In this document: positions 48,791 through 59,045 of the stretch, one piece after another
How the letters are laid out: every line of letters begins with the position of its first letter
How positions within the stretch are numbered: the first letter of the stretch is position 1
Source of the DNA: Botryllus schlosseri
Taxonomy: Eukaryota
Assembly (NCBI GenBank): GCA_051294905.1
Contig: CM119372.1
Coordinates: forward strand, 8,558,001-8,622,000
DNA length: 64,000 bases
Direction: 5' to 3'
Translations under genes and position numbers: made by a program
The notes under the pieces: model-generated
What the model saw: only the letters and a program-made list of their open reading frames with translations
Database searches by the model: none
What the model was told of the DNA's origin: nothing

Positions 48791-51646
48791 ATGAGTAGCA
48801 AACCTAAAGGAAAAGTTGCTGTGACAAAAAGGGGTAAAGCTCCAGCGAAAACACCGGCGAAACCCGCAGTGCAGGCCGCACGCAGGTAGTTCCAAATCCA
48901 CGAAGAGTACGTTAACGGTGTGATAAAGCAAATCTTGCTCAAAATTCATAGATACATATTTTTTCAGATAAGCCGGCTGAGCCTCAAGTCTTGGAGGGTC
49001 TGAAATGTTCTCTTAGAGATATCGATAAAGTATTAGTTAAAGACCAGGAAGGTGATATCAAGAAGTCAGGACGATGGGCTTTGCTCGTTGATACTAATGA
49101 CCGAGCCGTCACGTTTTTGCGTTATCGAGACACAAATTACCTCTGTACTGCCAACAGCAAGGATATGGAACCGAATACCATCAGACAGGCACTAATCGGC
49201 TCTATCAGGTACGTATCAATTGTTATATCGACTTAATCTGTGAAAATTTGAATCGGGTATACCGCTATAGCAAAACAAACCTACGATGGTAATTGCGACA
49301 ACTCCAGTGCAAAATCCCCGGTTTGAGATGGCAGTTATATGGCCGATACACAATTATATCCTTTTACAGATAGGCCTAACATGCCCCGTAGAGATCACCG
49401 TATCTATCAGTGGCGGAATTCACACAGCAATACCTTTTACACAGATTTGGGAAGCCATTCGTTATCGATTTCCTTGATGCTGACATGCTGGACTATGTGA
49501 AGAAACAGTTGGACACTATCCAGCCGAATTTGGCGAACGATTTATTCAGTAAAGAAATTCTTGCAAACGAAAAGTGAGTCGAAAATTTTAGCAGTTGCAA
49601 AGTGATATCCTACACCTACGGTCTCCGCAAGGCTTTGTTTTCGCGTCTACGAATTCTAAATATAGGCATCACGAATGCTACTAGTAACAAAGGCTGCGGC
49701 GTGACGAATCTACCCGAAACGTGAGCGAGCGATATTCTATGTGTTCTTAGCAAACTTCATTGTCTATAATTGAGAGTAACCATGTAAACAAAGGAACAGC
49801 TAATACAACGTTTGTCATCTGCCGAATATAGACCAAGCCTACACATGATATTAATACAGCACGTATATGACGGATCGTCTCAACTTGCCCCGTCCAGCTC
49901 AGTTCTCGTCAGCCCTATATCAATCGTTACAATGAGCCACATACAATATGTATTGTTAACCATTATACGCAATGTGATCTGACACTTTTTATGCAAACCT
50001 TATTCATATCTTTTTCTAGAAAGATGATGTCATTGATTCATTCCTACTACAAGTCTCTGCTACTCGTGGTCTATCTGAAACATCTGTTATTTTTCATGCA
50101 ATTTGTTTGAGATGAACCTTTTTCTGTTAACATTTTGCTATTGTTTATTTGAAGTGACTGCATAAGAAAATGACAGTTTTTTAATGGTTCTGCGGCCAAA
50201 GCAACTTGAAGTTAGAATATAGTGTCACTGTCAATTAAAGAGCTAAATTACAATACCATCTCAACATCTGGGAGTCTTTTTTCAATTGTGAATCCAATAT
50301 ACTATTCGCGTGGTCAAACAAATCGCATATTAACTAATACTACCAGTGTTAGGTGTGAATAAGTTGTTTCCGTTTTCACATTCTTATTTCGTCATGATAA
50401 CATCATGATCGGTGTCCCGCGATAATTTCGCACTGCATAAAGACTTCCACGTTTACAACCTGATGAAACAGTGGAACTCTTAATGTTTGTGAAGAATTAA
50501 ATTTGTAAGGTTCACTCTAAGCGGGACGGATTCCGATTGTGAAATATTTGAGAGTCGGCACTCATATATCAGAAATCCAACGTAGACACGCATCGTGTAT
50601 TAATTATATGTGATTGCCCGCTCGCACGGTGCAAAAGTGTCAAAAGTGCCTTTCCGGCGGGGCATCAAAATAGATCGCTGTTGATAAATTTATGGTGACG
50701 TGACCAGTATTGGTCTCATCTGGATGATATAAAGTTTGAATATAGATAACTAACCCGCGGATAGATGCGAACACGTGATTGCACGATTGCGAAACATGGA
50801 TAAAGCTAACAGTTTTTGGTCGCTTCCTATACAAATATGGTAATCTTATAGCTGACAAACAGAGCGCAAAATTTATTAAAACCGCTCTTAAACGAAAGCT
50901 ACTGTAGCGCTGACTCAGAAAATACATATTATAATCTGGTAACGGCACTAAAAATTACCCGAAAATTGCTTGCTCCGAACCCGAACAATCTAAGCGCCGC
51001 AATACTGTGACATATATACAATGGTATTAACGCAGCGTTCTCTGATTGTGACGCCATAGCACGTCCCATCATCGTATTACAATATCAGTTTACGGAGCGA
51101 CCCGGAATTACTGGTCGTATCCAGACTTTTACAACTAGATAATCCTAGCTGTCTAATTATGCCAATTATAGCGAAATGTAATAATGTAGTGTAATTCTAA
51201 TATAATTTATGAAATGTTTTCGTGCTCTTAATTTTAATTCTAATCAAATTTTTGGTTTTCCTTGCTGTTCAGTGTTCAGACATTTGCCATTCTCATGCTT
51301 ATGAGAATGAAATCTAATTTGATATTGTTGTATTACTTCGTAATTTAATCAATTTCCAAGTTTTTGCGCATTCAGTAAATCTCATTTGCAAAAATACTGT
51401 GTAGAGCTGTGATTCAAATTCTATTGTATATCTTACAAGCCATTTGATGTAGACATGCAGTACGAGTGATTTGTTGCGTTGTTTTCCAGTTATATGAAAC
51501 TTGTTCGCGATGAAGATGGGGAATTATATTCACATAATCACCAATTCGAATTTAAACCCGAGGAATTTTCGTTGATTATCGCCTCAAGCAGAGCCGAACC
51601 GCTGGAGAACCTTCTGCGCACTTTCTACCCCGTGAGAATTGAATAA
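48791..51646 (+). CDS. Short IQANK1 paralog containing only the C-terminal domain (no IQ, no ankyrin), 4 exons
   Basis: Exons 48791-48833 (donor uncertain), 48968-49208, 49445-49573, 51490-51646. GRWALLVD...VTFLRYRDTNYL...IRQALIGSIRFGKPFVID...YMKLV...YPVRIE*. Intron positions and phases equal those of IQANK1 exons 10-12. Confidence 0.8.
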
Positions 51647-51769
51647 AGCAATGGGGACTCCTATGGACTGTCTGGCGAAACGAGAGAATAGCTCAAGAGA
51701 AAAAGAGCCAGACAGCATTGTTCAGCATTGTTGCGTCCCAATGCCAATCTCCATAACAATGAAAAATTC

Positions 51770-52380
51770 GAGGCTGATTGTGGGAGTTCCAGGTCCACGA
51801 GCGAAATAAAATTTATATTTTCGTAATCAGTGCAGAGTCAGCTTTCGATTGATACCTGTTTTACCAAATTTAATGCTCGGCAAGCCGGTCAAAAGTGCCC
51901 GTAAAATTGCCTGTAGCCAAATGGAAATTGTGACGTGATACAATTTCACTGAGGCGTGAGATTTGCCTGTGTCGACACCATATAGGACACTATGGTAAAA
52001 CACTATGCTCTCACTATCGTACGCACTTGCTCCTGAGCTGCGCCATGTTATTCCAGACGGCATGGTTACGTCATCTTGCTCTCGTTTTGCGAGACAGCAT
52101 GGTTGCGTCACAATGCGGAACTCCATTACAACACAAAATTCGATGCTGATTTTGGGGGTTCCAGGGCCAAGAGCAGAATAAAATTTAAATTTTCGTAATT
52201 AGTACGGTAGCAGCTTTCCATTGATAGCCGTTTTATCAAATTTAGCGCTCGGATAGCAGATCAAAAATGGCCGTAAAATTGCTTTTTGCCAAATTGAAAG
52301 TGAGACGTAATCAAAATGCAGTGAGCCGTCCAATCTAGTTGTGTCCACACCATTTAGGACACTATGGTATGACATTATGA
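51770..52380. repeat. Diverged direct duplication with about 370-bp period (TE-derived)
   Basis: 51770-52010 aligns with 52145-52380 (gctgatt...gttccagg...aataaaattta...cagctttc.attgata). Confidence 0.75.
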
Positions 52381-52744
52381 TTTAATTATGGAGATTGCAT
52401 AGTTTAATCACCGGAAATAGAGCTCAGTGAAAGTTTGGAATTTTACGACTTACCGTATTTTCAGTTGCCTTCCTACTCGCGAAAAACGCTTAAGTAATAT
52501 CCGAACAACTTATCCGTATCGCTCATCGTCGGATTATGATTACCTCCGTGCTTCGTAATACGAGAGTGGTCTACATGCCGTCATGCATTCAGAAAAGGGG
52601 TACTGGGATGAAAAAGGTAAAGAACCACTGTTCTATAGCAAAACTATCATTTGTATCACATGTTGCGGCCGAATCCTTCGTAAATCCTCTGCTTCGGGTG
52701 TAGCGACAAAAGCGTCCAATGAAAGCGTATTTATGACTGCTTTT

Positions 52745-52916
52745 TAAAACTACTTACTTACTTGAGTAGTTTTGATAGAAAGCAAATGTTACTTCTACTC
52801 GAAGTAGTTTTGGGCACCTTCAAAAAGCACTACTTTTACTCGCACTTGAGTAGAATTCTGCGTTGCTACTTCTACGTCTACTTGAGTAGCCTTCTTGACT
52901 AGTTTGACGATCTCTG
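52745..52916 (-). mobile_element. Terminal fragment of the AGTAG-rich hAT-like family
   Basis: actacttacttacttgagtag...agtttgacgatctctg resembles 22150-22319. Confidence 0.7.
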
Positions 52917-53063
52917 CAGATTAAATAGTATATTCATATTCATCCTTTTGTTCGTGCACCACCTAAAAATAGTACATTGAACGCTCTCTCATTCGAAATT
53001 TCATGCTGGTGACGTCATATTTTGTGATACGATTGTTGATATACAATGTTCTTTCCAATTCTC

Positions 53064-53143
53064 TACTAGTTGCTGACGATTACCCCTGACGAGTGTCAGC
53101 CGGAAATATTCGGGTTCATTTCAATATGAATATACTATTTAAT
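53064..53143 (-). mobile_element. Possible Helitron 3' terminus, copy 1
   Basis: Minus strand: CTGAC-actc-GTCAG hairpin, then about 16 nt, then CTAG-T; near-identical to 58751-58830. Confidence 0.5.
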
Positions 53144-53345
53144 TGTATATTGAAGTTCTGTACCTCCAAGAATCTCTGCAGATATATCATGAAGCTTTTG
53201 AAAAAATCGGTCAGACCGCGATAGCACATAGCCTGCATCAACATTACGTTGTAAGTACCATATTATAGTGTTCGATGGAACATATGAACTTTTGCCTACA
53301 ACAATCAAGCGGTTAAATCATAATTCACATTAAGAACATTTTAGG

Positions 53346-56300
53346 TTATACCAGATAAGGCTCCAAGAAAAGCGAGAACACTACGTGAATAACTAGATGA
53401 GACAGTCCGATTAATGCTGCCGGTTGCAATTTAATTCCGCCGTTAATGTCACAGATGGTCGAATTGTCCGATGATGTTGAATTGGCACAAAGCCCGTTGT
53501 CATCTCCGTAACCAGCTGGACAGGCGCAAGACGGATATCCTGATTTATAAATGCTTTGCCCTGTATGTAAATAAGAGATGACTTCAACCAATGTTGTGAA
53601 ATTCATCACTCTCTATATTTACAACAGTAGCCTACATGATATTCGGCCTACACATATAATCCAAACATTTACCGAGATACCGTTGCCCACATGTCATGTC
53701 TGTTGTAGCGAGGCAATGCTTCCTTAATCAGGTATCATTCTAATCCAATATAAGGGTTATGTTTTGCGCTAAGCTATTTCCAGTAACAACCATCACAATC
53801 ATACGACAACGATAATGTCAATGATCCGGGCTGCAATAATACTGAACATTACAACATTCATAGCAGGTTCGTTTGCTGCTGACATAGCTCGATGTCTTTT
53901 TAGCGCCTCATCTGTAAACAACTACACATATCTATTCAATATGCATTTGCATGCCCTATATCAGTGGTGTCCAATCTTTCGGCCAAATGGCCACATTCGG
54001 TTTGCGAATGCGCAATTGCGCATGCCACGTCGGTGCTGATTTGTAATCTTGTAAACTGGCTCTGTCTTATAATTTTGAGGTAAACCCTCACACCGAAACC
54101 ATAATCTTAGAAATATGTATTATCCTCTTCTACGATTATAAGAACAGCAGAAATATCAGGAATAGTCAACAAGGTTTATACCAGTCGACATTTCGATGCA
54201 ACGATTGGTGCTGTTTTTTCTCTAACAAGTTTGGCGACACTCGGCAAGATAGACGATGTAGCAATTCTACGCGAGTTTTCCAGATGACTTTCGGAAATTA
54301 GTGATCAGATATCAGTCTGAAGTGGTTCTATAATGACCTAATGACACAAACAATGACATGATGATCAACTGCGACTTGTGGTTAAAATTAATTATAATTA
54401 CAGCGGCCTTCTGCATTGCACAACCGCAATCGTGGACAAGTCATAGGAAAAACCTATGCTCGTGAGATCCCTCAATCACAAAAATCTGACTTCATAGCAG
54501 CTGCAAACGATAAATTTACTAACTACGACAATATTTTCACGTTTCGGTTTGCTATGTCGGATTGGTATTCATCTATAGCCCGCCATCATTTCTGACCTTA
54601 GCCGTTTGCACAATGACCTATGCCATTTTAGAGCGTGTGACACGAGATTACTAAAACGGGAGTCCGATGCAGGAAATCGGACATCAGACTCAATTAATTT
54701 TAGTACAATTAGCGAGAAATCATGCTTCTTATTATTGTTACTGAAACTTTGTCAAATTTGTCGATTATATACTATTACTCACTGATATTTTCAAAAGCTA
54801 CAGGGTGCCACAGTATATGAGCGTGAAAGAGCCACATGCGGTTTCGAACCCCTTCTATATCTCTCCCGCCGTAGATCATAATATACGTAGTCAAAGAGTA
54901 AACGTACCTTGCGTATTTCCGCCAGGTGCATAATTACACACGAATATTATTGCATGATCCCATTTTTCTTTTCCTACGTACACTTCGCCACAAGTAGACG
55001 CACCACAGCCAATTAGCTCGCTTTTTGCCCATACAACCTATGAGAGATGGAATATTTACTATCTCTGGAATTCGGGCCTGTTATCCGGCAGTGCATGTAC
55101 TGTAGGACAATCGGAAAATTTATCACACCACCGTGTGGATCATGAAGTGATGTGGTGTAACAAAGGTGTCCAAACTACGACCCGCAGTCAATTTTTCTTG
55201 GGCTGCGGCAAGTAGGCCTATAGAAAATGACCATTCTTCGGAACTCATGAACCAGACGCCCACTTACTATACACGTTCATGTGCAGCATGAACATATTAG
55301 TGTTTGTACATGTACATTTTATTTACATATTAGTGTTTCCCCATGAATATCTAATTGGCGTCAACAATCTGGTCGCATACTTCATGAATTCCATATAGCA
55401 GTGCTTTTCAACCTTTTTGAGCTCCATTCGCACTTTTTTGTAAAATAAATTTCAGTCGCACAAACTATAACCTAAAATTGTTATACAAAATGAAGATGAA
55501 GATACTTAACATCGTTTTGTTCAGGTGTATACAACAAATTGGCTACTATGTAGCTTAAGCTATAAAGTGTCTTATTAAAAAGGCAACTTTTTTCGCTCGT
55601 TCTGATGTCAACTCTTTCACTAAAACCCTTCTCGGCCAAACAAGTCGTTGGGTACAAGAACGTCTACTAGTGCTACTAGTGCTTGGATGGCCAGCCCTTC
55701 AAATCTGTTCTGCACACCTATCAAAAATACAGCGTATTTTTAGTGAGTGAATAATGTTTGCTGGCAGAAATCGTTTTTTAGAGCTGACACAAATGTTCCG
55801 AAGGCTCCATTTTACCGAAAGGGTGAAAAACTCGCATGTTTGTGTTGACTGTTGAAGCTTTTGTCTTATGTCTTATGGAACATAAGGTCCAAAGCGATCA
55901 AGGAGAGAATGCACATTAGAGCTCGCTACCTTATGATACGTTGCTCCAGCTTGTGTTCTGTTTTTTTACGACTTCCCATTTTCTGTCTCGCGAGTAAATG
56001 AGAAGAGCAAATAATCTCACGCTACCGTGTGTTCTGCTCTTTAGCTCAATCTGACTTGAGAATTCATAACAGTTTTAACGGCAATGCAGATTTTTAGACT
56101 ACCACCAAAATCGGAGTTTTCGTGGCATCTCGCTACCCGAGCCTCACCCATGAGAAGGAATTCATTTTTAATATTACAATAGTATTTACAATAATATTTT
56201 ACGGACATGTATGACATACAGAACTCACACACCACAATTCTATACCCAACACAGCTCTACAAAACATGTCTGATGCATGCGATTTCAAATTATGGTGAAT

Positions 56301-59045
56301 TAAATTCCCCTGCGTGTCGCAGTAACCACTGTCTACTCAGGTTGCAAGAACGAAAGGTTTGGCCATCCAAGCATCGGTCATTTTTTTTGCCAAGGTTTTC
56401 TTACCGCTTATGATTTTGGGACCGCATTTTATCAGCGGTTTGTTGGCGAAAACTTTACGTCTTCATATGTCTCGAAGCAGAAGTGGTTGGCCTCGAAATG
56501 AATGAGTCTCATAAGCCCGATCTCGCTCCTTGCTCACCCCTACACTAGTTCATCCCAACGGTTTTCGACCAGCATTTTTTCCAGAAAAAACAGTGTCGGG
56601 CAAATCTTATCATGAATTCTCATGATAAAGCCATATTTTCTGCGTATCTCGCTTATGGGCTACAGTACCTAACACATAGTCACCTTGAATAAGTTAAAAC
56701 TATCGCAGAAATTTTTGCAATAAATTCAACCAATGTTACATACATATTAACTGATAGCTCTGGCACCGTGTCGACCAAAAATTATACTCTTTGCGGTCCA
56801 TATTTTAATAAACCTTGAAGGGGTAAAAATTTGCGTTACAATAACTTGCAAATGTGAGTCTGTAATGATGGTATTTACTACGATCTTCGTGGCGCGCACT
56901 AATCGAACAGTTATTACGAAAATATGATGGTTGTTTAGCGAAAGAAAGCAGAAAGTAAATTTGACGTCGTTTTTCAGCCTGTCCCGGGCTCAGACGCGCT
57001 GATATACTGTAGGTGTGCCACCCACAACACCAGCTTCCAAACCAGACTCTGGGTTACGTAATAATTATAGTGCGAAAATATTAATTAACTACGGCTTGTG
57101 AGAGCTGCGATTAGTGGTGCGTCGTTAGTTAAACAAGTTTTTACAATTGCATCTCAACTAAAACAGTTACCCTGGCCTTGAATTTCCTATTAGGTTTATT
57201 TGAATTATTCCACGTCAAAAAATCAGCAATTATTCACGATTTTCATTCGCACTAATCCGGATTTTTCATTCGCACCATTTGCACCACCTTCGTCATTCGC
57301 ACTGCAATTATTTTCATTTGGACAAGTTCGAACCGTCACACAGGTTGAAAAGCACTGCGATATGGAATGCTTGGAACCCGCGAAATAGTCGGTTCAACAG
57401 CTATAGCACGTAGATATAGATCATTGGTACGGAATGCATGTTCTAATGATGCTGGCCATCCGACAGTCGACGAGCATGTCCACATTCAAGTCGAAATACA
57501 AGCAATTACTACTAAATAAATACAGTCCATCCTCAAGATTACCGGACCACGACTGACCTATCGATCTCGCTTCCCATGACATGCCGCCCTATTTATTGTC
57601 GCTTTCTTTTTCTATACTATCTTCTTTACTTTCATTCAGTGTGCATGCCTCCTCTTTACATCGCCTATGCCAAGGTGGGTGTCAGATTCCATAGACTGCT
57701 CCTTGTCGCTTCGACACCTTCCTGTCTTTTCATTGTATCGCATTTTTTTTGTGGTGTATTGAACTGATAAAATTGCTAATAAACCAATGATGATGATGAT
57801 GATGATGACCGCCGACCCTAAAAATGCTGCATGGTTAAAGATATTTTTGGTACGTATATGACAGGGGTTGGAAGCCTATTTCGTCAAAGGAGCTATATTT
57901 TCAATTGTCAATGTCAATTCACTATGACGTCACAATTGAGAATATTCGTGACATCATTCCTTGAAAAAACCAATAAAAAACATGTTTTAAGGGCCTTGTT
58001 TTTAATATGTTTGTTTTGAATTGATTTTTATTTTAAACACAACCCTACTTGTAATGCGAATATGCAAACGGAAGAATACACTTTGAAACTGGGTGAGATT
58101 TTTTGTTTTTCGGGCATGAAAGGTCTGCTCTGCTCCGCAAATATGTTGCGAAGCCAAAATAGCAAGCGAATTTTAGGAGGCTAAATTGGAAGCTGGACTG
58201 CTTCAAGCGTCACATTAAGCACAAAAGTCCCGTGAAACCGGTGGCAATGGTAAGAAGGCACAAGAAGGGAATGGGATAGGTACACCTACATGGTTGCGGG
58301 GGAGCACCTACGATCGAGAGAAGAGAACGAGCTGTCACTCGTAAAGAAATCCAAACCCGTGAAAGTTATAGGGGCTCTGCGCTCTAAAAATGACCTGGTC
58401 TCAAATTGAAGCGCAGATCGAAAATTTTGTATCCGCAGCCATTTTTTTTCAGAAAGCCACCGTAATGGAGCTGCAATTAAGTTAAATTTGCATAGGACCT
58501 TTCCGCTCCAGCTGCCGCGGCTGCGCGTCATCGTTTATTACCCTGTTGCGGAATTTATGGCGCGATATCTTCACCGTCGCATTGGTCGAGGCTCGGTTGT
58601 ACAATACCGGCACTGTGCTGTGTTACCCTAATGTCTTAAGATCTGACACTAGCCAGATTGAACATTCTCAATGACACATTCAAATTCACCAGAAATTCAC
58701 CTTTACAACGATTTAACCGAATGAAGCCACAGCCACCGCTATACTATAGCTACTAGTTGCTGAAGATTACCCCTGACGAGTGTCAGCCGAAAATATTCGG
58801 GTTCATTTCAATATGAATATGCTACTCAATTATATATTATATATATATGTGACAATAAATTTGCCAACCTGCGTATAATGACCGCATACACTGTTTGATT
58901 TGCATTTCCCGGTGACATAGTCATAATCTTTTTTCTCTGCATCCCAACGAATAACCGCTTTTGTTCCAAATTCGTCCGTGAAGTCTTGTTGAGAAGAAAT
59001 GAATAAATTCTCGCCAATATAATCCATTCCATCCACCTTTCGATT
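53346..59045 (-). CDS. CAP/SCP-domain protein (GLIPR1/PI16/CRISP-like), last three exons; 5' exons not located
   Basis: Exons 59045-58869 (IGENLF...CGHYTQ), 55037-54908 (VVWAKSELIGCG...FVCNYAPGGN), 53560-53346 (YKSGYPSCACP...hydrophobic C-terminus). Both CRISP signatures are present. Confidence 0.88.
53962..54853. mobile_element. hAT-like MITE, degenerate right end
   Basis: cagtggtgtccaa...gagccacatgcggtttcgaacccct; flanks cctatat/tctatat. Confidence 0.55.
55399..57357. mobile_element. About 2-kb non-autonomous hAT element in a CAP gene intron
   Basis: 16-bp TIR cagtgcttttcaacct...aggttgaaaagcactg; TSD ccatatag/cgatatgg. Confidence 0.8.
57450..57808 (+). mobile_element. LINE 3' end with (TGA)n tail
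   Basis: STFKSKYKQLLLNKY remnant, shared 3'UTR, AATAAA, then a tgatgatga tail. Confidence 0.75.
58751..58830 (-). mobile_element. Possible Helitron 3' terminus, copy 2
   Basis: Near-identical to 53064-53143. Confidence 0.5.
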
